The notes under the pieces were generated by a model. That model saw nothing but the letters and a program-made list of their open reading frames with translations. It searched no databases and was not told the DNA's origin. A stretch of DNA of 64,000 nt. Origin: Phycisphaeraceae bacterium. GTDB lineage: Bacteria; Planctomycetota; Phycisphaerae; Phycisphaerales; UBA1924. Below, piece by piece: positions 9,104 through 17,208 of this stretch. Both the position numbers and the translations under genes were made by a program. The first letter of the stretch is position 1. Each line of letters starts with the position of its first letter. The stretch lies in the NCBI GenBank assembly GCA_023898685.1, contig CP060234.1, positions 2,569,945-2,633,944 on the forward strand. The letters run 5' to 3'.

Positions 9104-10170
9104 ACGAGACGGCCCGGACAGCGCTGGATCTCGGCGGCGCCGCGAGGCTGGCCGACCCCGCGTGGCTGCACGCGCTCTGGCTCGCGCCCGCGGCCCTGCT
9201 GCTGTTCTGGATCGCGGCGCGGGCACGCAAGCGGGCGCTCGTCCGCCTGGGCGATTCCGCCCTGGTGGGCCAGATCGCGCGGGGCGCGGGCGCCTGGCGA
9301 CGCTGGATCCGCGCCTGGTGCGTCGCGATCGCGGTGGGGCTGGTCGCCATCGCCCTCGCGAGACCCCAGGCGGGCCAGCGCACGCACGAGGTCGAGAAGC
9401 GCGGGCGCGACCTCGTCTTCGTCGTCGATGTCTCGCGGAGCATGCTCGCACGCGACCTCGCGCCGAGCCGGCTCGAGCGCGTCAAGCTCTGGATCAACGA
9501 CCTCGTCGACGATCTGGGGGGCGACCGCGTCGGCCTCGTCGCCTTCGCGGGGGCCCCGTCGGTGCAATGCCCGCTCACCCAGGACCGGGCGTTCTTCCGC
9601 CTCTCGCTCGATCGGCTCAGCCCCGACTCGGCGCCGATGGGCGGCACGATGATCGGCGACGCGATCCGCAAGGTCCTCGACGATCTGTTCGAGCTCGACG
9701 ACCAGGCGGATGAGCCCGACGATTCGGGCCGCTTCCGCGACATCATCCTGTTCACCGACGGCGACGACCAGGAGTCGTTCCCGGTCAAGGCCGCCCAGGC
9801 CGCGGGCGAGCACGGCGTGCGGATCATCGCGATCGGCGTGGGCGACCCCGACCACGGCACGCCGATCCCGGTCGCGGAGAATTCCCAGGCCTACATCGAG
9901 CGGGACAACGAGGTCGTCCGGAGCCGGCTCGACACGCAGACGCTGCGCGACATCCAAAAGGCGGTGCCCGGGAACGTGTTCCTGCCGGTCGGCACGGGAG
10001 AGATCGATCTGGCCGAGGTGTACCGCGATCTGATCGCTTCGGCGGACCAGACGGTATTGGGTTCATCGACTGTGACCGACTACGAGGATCGATCGACGAT
10101 CTTCATCGCGCTGGCGTTGACGCTGCTCGCGGTCGAGTCGCTGATCGCGGAGGGGAGGGCGAGGCCGTGA
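9100..10170 (+). CDS. batB: VWA-domain membrane protein BatB
   Basis: TTG at 9100 overlaps the batA stop (TTGA). N-terminal LADPAWLHALWLAPAALLLFWI, VWA MIDAS FVVDVSRSM, and a C-terminal TM helix. The upstream part of the 841-aa track ORF is an out-of-frame overlap with batA. Confidence 0.8.
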   Translation: MNETARTALDLGGAARLADPAWLHALWLAPAALLLFWIAARARKRALVRLGDSALVGQIARGAGAWRRWIRAWCVAIAVGLVAIALARPQAGQRTHEVEKRGRDLVFVVDVSRSMLARDLAPSRLERVKLWINDLVDDLGGDRVGLVAFAGAPSVQCPLTQDRAFFRLSLDRLSPDSAPMGGTMIGDAIRKVLDDLFELDDQADEPDDSGRFRDIILFTDGDDQESFPVKAAQAAGEHGVRIIAIGVGDPDHGTPIPVAENSQAYIERDNEVVRSRLDTQTLRDIQKAVPGNVFLPVGTGEIDLAEVYRDLIASADQTVLGSSTVTDYEDRSTIFIALALTLLAVESLIAEGRARP

Positions 10171-11351
10171 AACGCTCGCGGAACACCACTTTAGCATGGT
10201 CTCACCAAATCCGAGCCGCGGGCGTGAGCACGCGGACCAAGTGCCGGTGGTCGCTGTTCGATTCCGCGCGCTCACGCTCGCGGCTCGGAATTCTGTTTGC
10301 GCTGCTCGCGGTGGCGCCCGCCATCGCGGGTGAGCCGCCGATCGGCGGGGCGGTCGACGAGGCGCTCGCGACCGACCTCGAGCCGGACGAGAAGGCCCAG
10401 AAGCTCGACGACGTGCTCGGCCACACGGGGGCGAAGGGCGATGAGCTGGCTCGCGCATATCTCGCCGCGGCCAACGGGCTGGCCGACGACAAGCCCGACG
10501 CCGCGACGGGGTACTGCTGCGACGCCGACGACGCGGCGAAGTCGGACAAGCTCCGGGCGGTCGCGCGGTTCAATCTGGGGCAGATGCTCTATAAGCAGGC
10601 TCTGGCGGCGTTCAAGCCCGCCGAAGGGGCCCAGCCCGACGTGGAGGGCGCGAAGAAGCACCTGGCTCGCTCGGCCGACGCATTCAGGGCGGTGCTCGAC
10701 GTCGCGCCGGGCGACGCGGAGGCGGCGCGGAATGTCGAGCGCGTGCGGCGGATGATCAAGCAGATCGACGAGATGCAGCAGCAGGCGCGGGAGCAGGCCG
10801 AAAAGATGCGCCAGCAGGCCGACAAGCTCGACGACCTCGCTGACAAGCAGCAGCAGGAGTCGATGCAGAACGACCAGCAGACGCAGCAGAGCGACCAGGC
10901 GAAGCAGGACCAGCAGTCGCTCAACGAGCAGACAAAGCAGCAGAGCGACGAGATGCAGAAACAGCAGCAGGCTAGCGACGCCCAGCAGAAGCTTGATGAG
11001 GCGATGAAGCAGCAAAGCGAGGCTTCCGAGAAGCTCGACCTGGGCGACCAGCAGGATGCGTCACAGTCGCAGCTCGACGCCGCCAAGAAGCTGCGAGAGG
11101 CGGCGCAGGCGTTGCGAGACGAGGCGGACAAGAAGGAAGGCAAGCAGGGACAGCAGGGCGAGCAGCAGGGCGACCAGAGCGATCAGAAGGGCGACGAGCA
11201 ACAGGCCCAGCAAGCCGAGGACGCCGAGCAGTCGCGCGACGACCGCGTAACGCAGTGGCTGCTCGACCGCGAGAAGCGGCAGCGAGAACAGCGAGACCAG
11301 CAGCTCAGGGCCCTGATCGGCAAGCCCGCTCCCGTGGAGAAGGACTGGTGA
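10167..11351 (+). CDS. BatC-like protein: signal peptide, TPR-like region, long Q/D/E/K-rich coiled-coil tail
   Basis: GTGA overlap with the batB stop. Signal-like segment LGILFALLAVAPAIAG. It occupies the batC position. The C-terminal ~170 aa are low complexity (QQQAREQAEKMRQQADKLDDLADKQQQESMQNDQQTQQSDQAKQDQQ...). Confidence 0.6.
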   Translation: MKRSRNTTLAWSHQIRAAGVSTRTKCRWSLFDSARSRSRLGILFALLAVAPAIAGEPPIGGAVDEALATDLEPDEKAQKLDDVLGHTGAKGDELARAYLAAANGLADDKPDAATGYCCDADDAAKSDKLRAVARFNLGQMLYKQALAAFKPAEGAQPDVEGAKKHLARSADAFRAVLDVAPGDAEAARNVERVRRMIKQIDEMQQQAREQAEKMRQQADKLDDLADKQQQESMQNDQQTQQSDQAKQDQQSLNEQTKQQSDEMQKQQQASDAQQKLDEAMKQQSEASEKLDLGDQQDASQSQLDAAKKLREAAQALRDEADKKEGKQGQQGEQQGDQSDQKGDEQQAQQAEDAEQSRDDRVTQWLLDREKRQREQRDQQLRALIGKPAPVEKDW

Positions 11352-13144
11352 TGCAGCGATACATCCAATCCAACCCGTTGGCCGTGTTCCTCGCGTTCGC
11401 GGCGGCGTTGCTGACCGGATCGGCCCGCGCCCAGTCGGGCGGATCGGGCGGCAAGGCCGAGGCGACGTTCTCGCAGCAGGTGTGCTACCTCGGGGATCAG
11501 ATCACCTACCAGATCAGCATCGACGACGCCGGCCAGGCGACGCCCCCCGATCTCTCGAACATACCCGGCGCATCGTTCGACTACATGGGCGCGACGACCA
11601 GTTCGAGCTCATTCATCTCGATCTTCAACGGGCAGCCGAACCAGGAAGTAACGAACAAGTACATCATGCAGTGGCAGGTCACGCCCGACGCGAGCGGCAC
11701 GCTGGTCGTCCCGCCGCAAAAGGTTGATCTGGGCGGGGGCAAGGTGGTCGAGACGGCGGCGGCGAGCATCCGTGTGCTCGAGCCCGAGCAGGCCGGCGAG
11801 CAGGTCATCACCGCGACACTCGATGACGATGCGTTGTACGTGGGCCAGACGACCAGGCTGCACGTCACCTGGGTGCTGCTGGGCCGCACCGAGGGCTTCT
11901 CCTTCCGCGGCACCGCAAAGACCGACGATTTCACCTTTCGGCCCTTCGGGCAGGCGGGGCGGAGCCAGGACGACGCCTACCGCATCGACATCTTCGGCGC
12001 CAGCACGCCGGGGAGGCTCGGGTGGGCCATGTTCGACGGCACGCGGACGCGAACGCTCGAGTTCGATCTGCTGGTGACGCCGAGGAACGCGGGCGAGTTC
12101 ACGCTGGGCCCGATCAAGGTGACCTATGACGAGCGGGTCGACATCCGCTCGAACCGCCACCTGATGGCCTCGACCGATCCGATCAAGATCAAGGTGCTCG
12201 ATCTGCCGAGCGAGGGCCGGCCCGACGGCTTCACCGGGCTGCTGGGCACGCACGCGATCGACGTGACCGCGACGCCGACCGATGTGAACGTGGGCGACCC
12301 GATCGAGCTGACGGTAACGATCTCGGGCCCCGAGCCGATGGACAACGTGACCGATGGTCCCGACCTCGCGTTGATCCCCGGGTTCGCCGGCGACTTCCGG
12401 ACGGCCAGCGAGGGCTGGACCTACAAGCCGGGGCGGATCGGCGAGCGGACGTTCACGACAACGATCCGCGCCGCCCATGAGGGCGTGGCGGAGATCCCGC
12501 GCATCCCGCTCGCGTTCTTCGATCCCGGGGAAGGCGAGTATCGCGTTGCTCGGTCCAAGCCCATCCCGATCCGGGTCCGCGCCGTGCATCAGGTCACCGC
12601 CGCCGACGCGGTGGTCTCGACGGGGCCCGCCACCGTCAGCCGGGAGGCGCTCACCGCGTCCGATCCGGGCGTGTGGGCGATCACGCGCGGCCCGGTGGTG
12701 CTGGCCGACACCAGGGGCCTGAGCGGCGACGCGCTGCGGAACCCGATCGTGGTCGCGGCGCTGGCCGCCCCGCCGGGGTTCTTCGCGCTCGCGGCCGTGG
12801 GGGCGTACAGACGCCGGCACCGACAGGACGAGGCGGCACGCCGCCGCCGGGGCGCCCTCGCATCAGCCCGGCGGGCGCTGCACCGGTGCGGGCCCGCGGA
12901 CGCGGTGCGGGTGTATCTCGCCGAGGCGTTCGGGGCGACGCCCGCCGCGATCACGGGGGCCGATGGGCGACGGCTGCTGGCCGAGGCGGGCGTGTCGGAC
13001 GCGGACGCGGTGTCCGAGTTGATCGCGGTGCACGAGGCCGAGCACTACGCCGCGGGTCGCTACCGGCCCGACGCGGCGGCCGACCCGGCCCGCGTGCTCG
13101 ACTTACTGAGGCGGGTCGATCGCTCGATCAGGAGGGGGGCGTGA
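11351..13144 (+). CDS. batD: BatD-like oxygen-tolerance protein
   Basis: ATG at 11351 overlaps the upstream TGA. Signal peptide MQRYIQSNPLAVFLAFAAALLTGSARAQ. It has a ~500-aa extracytoplasmic region and a TM helix near the C-terminus (VVAALAAPPGFFALAAVGAY). Size and position fit BatD. Confidence 0.7.
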   Translation: MQRYIQSNPLAVFLAFAAALLTGSARAQSGGSGGKAEATFSQQVCYLGDQITYQISIDDAGQATPPDLSNIPGASFDYMGATTSSSSFISIFNGQPNQEVTNKYIMQWQVTPDASGTLVVPPQKVDLGGGKVVETAAASIRVLEPEQAGEQVITATLDDDALYVGQTTRLHVTWVLLGRTEGFSFRGTAKTDDFTFRPFGQAGRSQDDAYRIDIFGASTPGRLGWAMFDGTRTRTLEFDLLVTPRNAGEFTLGPIKVTYDERVDIRSNRHLMASTDPIKIKVLDLPSEGRPDGFTGLLGTHAIDVTATPTDVNVGDPIELTVTISGPEPMDNVTDGPDLALIPGFAGDFRTASEGWTYKPGRIGERTFTTTIRAAHEGVAEIPRIPLAFFDPGEGEYRVARSKPIPIRVRAVHQVTAADAVVSTGPATVSREALTASDPGVWAITRGPVVLADTRGLSGDALRNPIVVAALAAPPGFFALAAVGAYRRRHRQDEAARRRRGALASARRALHRCGPADAVRVYLAEAFGATPAAITGADGRRLLAEAGVSDADAVSELIAVHEAEHYAAGRYRPDAAADPARVLDLLRRVDRSIRRGA

Positions 13145-13980
13145 TGCGGCATATCGGTGCCATCGCTGGCGACCTGGTGTGCCACGGCTGTCTCGGCCGT
13201 GCGGTCCTCGCCCTCTTCGTCGCACTCGTTACCGCCCCGGCGTGGGCCCAGAGTTCTCCCGCGGACCTACTGAATTCCGCCGAGTCCGCCTTCGACAAAG
13301 CCGAGTCCCGACTCGCGACCGATCCCCCCGCCGCGAAGGCCGGGCTCGATGAGGCGATCGCCGCCTACCGCGCCCTCATCGATACGGGCGTCGAGAACGC
13401 GGCGATCCACCGCAACATCGGCACGGCCTACATGCTCGAGGGCGACCTGGGCCGGGCGATCGCGGCCTTCCGCCGGGCCGAGCGGCTCGACCCGACCGAC
13501 CACCGCGTCGAGGAGAGCCTCGCGGCCGCGCGAGCGAAGGTGAGGACGGAGGTCTCGCCCGGCACGCGCTCTCGTGTCGAGGACGCGATTCTGTTCTGGA
13601 GGGGACGCGTCTCCCGTGACACGATGCTCGCGATCGGGCTCGCGGGCTGGGCGCTCGCCTGGATCGGCGCCGCGATCCGGATGCGATCGCAGCGCGGCGC
13701 GACGCTCATCGCGGCGGGGGCGCTCGTCGCGGTGCTCACGCTGGGCTCGCTCGTCGCCGAGCGGACGCTGACGACAATGAACCCGTCCGCGGTGATCGTG
13801 CAGGACGGGGTGATGGGCTACCGGGGTCCGAGCGAGTCGGTCTACGACGCGACGTTCGAGCAGCCCATCCGCGCGGGCGTCGAGGGGAGCATCCTCGAGC
13901 GACGCGACGGCTGGACCCGCCTCCGCCTCCGCAGCGGCGCGGAGACCTGGGTGCGGTCGGATTCGCTCGAGACAGTGTGA
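13144..13980 (+). CDS. BatE-like TPR + bacterial SH3 domain membrane protein
   Basis: ATG at 13144 overlaps the batD TGA. Signal peptide, TPR-like segment (AIHRNIGTAYMLEGDLGRAIAAFRRAERLDP), two TM helices, and a C-terminal SH3b-like segment (GWTRLRLRSGAETWVRSDSLETV). Confidence 0.65.
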   Translation: MRHIGAIAGDLVCHGCLGRAVLALFVALVTAPAWAQSSPADLLNSAESAFDKAESRLATDPPAAKAGLDEAIAAYRALIDTGVENAAIHRNIGTAYMLEGDLGRAIAAFRRAERLDPTDHRVEESLAAARAKVRTEVSPGTRSRVEDAILFWRGRVSRDTMLAIGLAGWALAWIGAAIRMRSQRGATLIAAGALVAVLTLGSLVAERTLTTMNPSAVIVQDGVMGYRGPSESVYDATFEQPIRAGVEGSILERRDGWTRLRLRSGAETWVRSDSLETV

Positions 13981-14096
13981 GTACGCCCCCGTACGGTGCC
14001 ACGGCCCGTCGTCGGGTCGTGCGCGCTTGCCCCATGTCCCGCGCGGTGCGCCGTGGTCACCGTGGGTGAGCACGACGCATGTTCTTTCAGAGCGTG

Positions 14097-14163
14097 GAGC
14101 GCAAGCGACACGATTCGGCGCCGGAGGACCGCGCGGGAAGGAGGAATCGTGTCGCCTGCGCTC
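14097..14163. terminator. 20-bp inverted repeat between convergent genes (possible bidirectional terminator)
   Basis: GAGCGCAAGCGACACGATTC, a 27-nt loop, then GAATCGTGTCGCCTGCGCTC (1 mismatch). It lies between the Bat operon end (13980) and the minus-strand gene end (14205). There is no U-tract. Confidence 0.3.
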
Positions 14164-14204
14164 GACCCTCTGAAGGAATACCTCTATTGGCATTGAATCG
14201 AGGG

Positions 14205-15017
14205 CTATTCGCCCAGCTCACTTGACGGCAGCGGCTCGCCCTCTTCGCCCCTGGGCTCCTCGCCACGGAGCCTGCGGGCGACGTCGGTCAAGATCCGCCG
14301 ATCCTCGTTGATCGTCAGGTGGCTCGTGAACCGCGCGCTGTTCGTCCAGATGGGCCAGCGTCCGGGCGGGGCGGTGTTAATCGTGCCCACGATGCGGTCA
14401 TCGAGGCGGGCGTAGGGAATGATCTCGTAGTCGCCCTTGTACGCCTCGTCGAGCTTCGTCAGAAACAGCGAGCGGCGGTACATGTCCACGATCGCCGTGT
14501 CCTCGATCAGGGGCGAGCCCTCGGCCGCGATCGCCCCGCGGTGGGGCGTCGCGATCGTGATCAGCCGGTTGATCTTCAGGCGGCGGCCCTCGAGTTGGTC
14601 GGCCGCGTAGCGGGCGGCGAGCCCGCCCATCGATAGCCCGACCACGTCGACCTCCCGCGTCTTGTTCTCGAAGCCCTGGGCGTCGACGGGCCACCTGTTG
14701 TCGACCAGCTCGACCGTCTTCTCCGCGATCTTGTCGATGTCCCCGTCGAACCACGTCGGGATGCGCAGGAAGTCGTCGCGCTCGCCCGTGGTCATGCGGG
14801 CCAGCTCGATCGTCATCGCCTCGACGATGGGGTCGGGCCCACGGTAGCTGCCGATCACGACGACGGGGCGGGCCAGCGGCTTGGGGTCGGCCTGCATCCG
14901 GCGCTGGTCGGCCTGAGCCATCTCCTCTGTCACCGGGAACTTGGGATTGACCGGGCCGTGGTAGAGGGCGCAGCCGGAGAGGAGCCCGAGGGCGAAGACT
15001 GTCAGTAGCCGGTGCAT
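14205..15017 (-). CDS. Alpha/beta-hydrolase (lipase/esterase-like) lipoprotein
   Basis: Start at the internal ATG (15017) gives MHRLLTVFALGLLSGCALY, which contains a lipobox. Nucleophile elbow VVGLSMGGLAARY (GxSxG). The upstream 41 codons of the track ORF translate the REP-B repeat. Confidence 0.7.
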   Translation of the reverse strand: MHRLLTVFALGLLSGCALYHGPVNPKFPVTEEMAQADQRRMQADPKPLARPVVVIGSYRGPDPIVEAMTIELARMTTGERDDFLRIPTWFDGDIDKIAEKTVELVDNRWPVDAQGFENKTREVDVVGLSMGGLAARYAADQLEGRRLKINRLITIATPHRGAIAAEGSPLIEDTAIVDMYRRSLFLTKLDEAYKGDYEIIPYARLDDRIVGTINTAPPGRWPIWTNSARFTSHLTINEDRRILTDVARRLRGEEPRGEEGEPLPSSELGE

Positions 15018-15069
15018 GGCTTCTCCTTGGTTCGATCTCGTTGCCGATCGGCGACAGAGCGGATCTCTC

Positions 15070-15129
15070 GAGCCGCGGGCGCGAGCCCGCGGAGCCCCCG
15101 GGATGCTCCAAGGGCTTGCGCCCGTGGCT
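15070..15129. repeat. REP-B element (inverted dimer, copy 2)
   Basis: GAGCCGCGGGCGCGAGCCCGCGGAGC, an 8-nt spacer, then GCTCCAAGGGCTTGCGCCCGTGGCTC. It is intergenic between the lipase and ispG. Confidence 0.75.
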
Positions 15130-15153
15130 CGCCGAGGCATCGCCGGGCGGGGA

Positions 15154-16410
15154 TCATTGCCCCTCCACCGTCAGCCTCGCCGCGGCCATCTTCTCCCACC
15201 CGCTGCCCAGCTCGCCGATCGGGTCGGGCGGCACGATGTCGACCTTCTTCTCCCCCAGCCTCGCCTCACCCGCGAGCACCTTGGCCTGGAACGAACGGCA
15301 CTCGACGAGCAGGCGATCGAGGATCTCCGACTCGGGCACCGTCGCCACCCGTTCGCCCTGCACGTAGATGATCCCCTTGCGGTCGCCCGCGAAGACCGCG
15401 ACGTCGGCCCCCTCGGCCTCGCCGGGCCCGTTGACCACGCACCCCATCACGGCGACCTTCATCGGCACGTCGATGTGCTCCGCGAGCGTCTTCCGCACAC
15501 CCTGCGTCAGCGTGAACAGGTCGACCTGGATCCGCCCACAGGTAGGACACGCGATCAGCTCGGCTCCCTTCCGCTCACGCAGGCCCAGCGACCAGAGCAA
15601 CTCCAGCCCGTCCTCGACCTCGTAGACGGGATCGCTCGCGTAGCTGATACGGATCGTGTCCCCGATCCCGTTCGCCAGCAGCGTCCCGAGCGCGACCACC
15701 GATCGGATGCACCCCGTCTCCTTGGGCCCCGCGTGCGTGACGCCCAGGTGCAGCGGGTGGTCGAACCGCTTGCTGATCTCGGTGTAGGCGTCGATGACGA
15801 TCGTCGCGTCCATGCTCTTGGCGCTGATGCACACGTCGTAGAAGTCTTCCTCGTAGAAGATGTCGAGATACTCCTCGAGCTTGGCGATCATGATCGCGAG
15901 CAGGTAGCCGTGCTTGTGGTCGCTGAAGAATGCCCCGAGCTCCTTGGCGCGTTTCTGCTTGTCCTTGCGCTCGATGATCGAGCCCTCATTGACGCCGACG
16001 CGGATGGGGATGCCCTTGCCGGCGTTGGCCGCCTGGCACGCCCGGATCACCTCGACCACCTGCGAGCGGTCGGAGATATTGCCGGGGTTGAGCCTGATCT
16101 TGTGCACGCCCGCCTCGACCGCCTCGAGGGCCCGCTGGAAGTGGAAGTGCACGTCGGCGACGATCGGCACGGTCGTCTGGGCCAGGATCTCGGGCAGGGC
16201 CGCGGTGTCCTTCTTCTCGGGAACCGCGACCCGGACGATGTCCGCCCCCGCGGCCGTGAGCTTGTGGATCTCCGCGACGCACCGGTCGACGTCGTACGTG
16301 TAGCCCGCGGTCATGGTCTGGACGGAGACGGGGGCGTCGCCGCCGATGCGGACGATCCCCGTGCGATCGTCGCCCACGCGGATCTGCCTCGTGACACGTC
16401 GTTTCTGCAT
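15154..16410 (-). CDS. ispG: 4-hydroxy-3-methylbut-2-en-1-yl diphosphate synthase (IspG/GcpE)
   Basis: MQKRRVTRQIRVGD...VSVQTMT...CPTCGR...VMGCVVNGPGEA are classic IspG motifs. The start is taken at ATG 16410 because the track extension to 16518 reads through REP-A copy 2. Confidence 0.9.
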   Translation of the reverse strand: MQKRRVTRQIRVGDDRTGIVRIGGDAPVSVQTMTAGYTYDVDRCVAEIHKLTAAGADIVRVAVPEKKDTAALPEILAQTTVPIVADVHFHFQRALEAVEAGVHKIRLNPGNISDRSQVVEVIRACQAANAGKGIPIRVGVNEGSIIERKDKQKRAKELGAFFSDHKHGYLLAIMIAKLEEYLDIFYEEDFYDVCISAKSMDATIVIDAYTEISKRFDHPLHLGVTHAGPKETGCIRSVVALGTLLANGIGDTIRISYASDPVYEVEDGLELLWSLGLRERKGAELIACPTCGRIQVDLFTLTQGVRKTLAEHIDVPMKVAVMGCVVNGPGEAEGADVAVFAGDRKGIIYVQGERVATVPESEILDRLLVECRSFQAKVLAGEARLGEKKVDIVPPDPIGELGSGWEKMAAARLTVEGQ

Positions 16411-16444
16411 CGCGGGGATGGTAGGGGGGTGGTGTGTTCTGAAT

Positions 16445-16529
16445 GAGCCCGGTGTGTGAGCGATGGGCCGGGGTCCAGAGGCATTCTCGGGAACCGAACC
16501 ACTCCGCCCATCGCTCACGCTCCGGGCTC
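16445..16529. repeat. REP-A palindromic element (copy 2)
   Basis: GAGCCCGGTGTGTGAGCGATGGGCCG, a loop, then CGCCCATCGCTCACGCTCCGGGCTC. It lies immediately upstream of the RAYT unit. Confidence 0.8.
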
Positions 16530-16556
16530 TTTCGGATGTGCTTCGTTCAATGAAAG

Positions 16557-17133
16557 GAGCCCTGAGCGTCAGCGACGGGCCGAATGGACGATGGTGGTCT
16601 TCTCTAAACTACCATCCGTGTCACCGAAGGCATACTTCCTGACCTGGACCACCTACGGCTCATGGCTCCGAGGCGACGTTCGTGGCAGCGTCGCCGGTGA
16701 CAACAGGTTCGGCACTCCCTACGCGGATCCGGATCCTGTGCTCGAATCGAACGATGCAGGCCGGACAAGCTCCGAGGCTGTGCACCTTGATCAAGTCAAG
16801 CGCGAGATCGTTGCTTCGGCGATTGAAGAGGTATGCAGCCATCGCGGGTGGCGGATCTACGCCGCGAATGTGCGTTCGAACCACGTCCACATTGTTGTGC
16901 GTGCGAATGTTCCACCCGAGAAGGTACTCACCGACCTGAAGGCGTGGGCGACGCGGCGATTGCGCGAATCGGGGTGGTTCGCCCGGGACCAGAAGGTGTG
17001 GACCAAGCACGGCAGCACACGGTACATATTCGACGACGCCAGCCTCGCAAAGGCGGTTGATTACGTCATCCGGCGCCAGGATATGAAACGGACGCTGTAG
17101 GTTGTTCGGCCCGTCGCTGACGCTCCGGGCTCC
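16557..17133 (+). mobile_element. RAYT unit: HUH/Y1 transposase gene enclosed by inverted REP-A arms
   Basis: Left arm GGAGCCCTGAGCGTCAGCGACGGGCCG (16557-16582). Right arm CGGCCCGTCGCTGACGCTCCGGGCTCC (17107-17133), which is the reverse complement with 1 mismatch. The interior is visibly less GC-rich than the flanks. Confidence 0.75.
16591..17100 (+). CDS. REP-associated tyrosine transposase-like protein (IS200/IS605-type Y1/HUH fold)
   Basis: 169 aa from the internal ATG. N-terminal YFLTWTTYGSWLRGDVRGSV, HUH-like SNHVHIVV, and C-terminal VWTKHGSTRYIFDDASLAKAVDYVIRRQ, the candidate Tyr region. The first 45 codons of the track ORF translate REP sequence. Confidence 0.7.
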   Translation: MVVFSKLPSVSPKAYFLTWTTYGSWLRGDVRGSVAGDNRFGTPYADPDPVLESNDAGRTSSEAVHLDQVKREIVASAIEEVCSHRGWRIYAANVRSNHVHIVVRANVPPEKVLTDLKAWATRRLRESGWFARDQKVWTKHGSTRYIFDDASLAKAVDYVIRRQDMKRTL

Positions 17134-17158
17134 TTTTACTGAGCGAAGCACGCACGAG

Positions 17159-17183
17159 GGAGCCCCGAGCGTGAGCGACGGGC
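17159..17183. repeat. REP-A single arm (orphan half-site)
   Basis: GGAGCCCCGAGCGTGAGCGACGGGCCG, directly downstream of the RAYT unit. No partner arm was found. Confidence 0.6.
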
Positions 17184-17208
17184 CGAAGACCTGCTTCGCT
17201 CGATGCGT

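Noticed and set aside
16411-16518. N-terminal extension of ispG. Analogous extensions occur at 15018-15140 (lipase), 25426-25470 (tlyA), 16456-16590 (RAYT), 26855-27097 (179-aa protein) and 7080-7160 (Bat membrane protein).
   Set aside because: The extensions are translations of REP-A or REP-B repeats, and the same peptide-like strings recur in unrelated ORFs. Internal starts give canonical N-termini.
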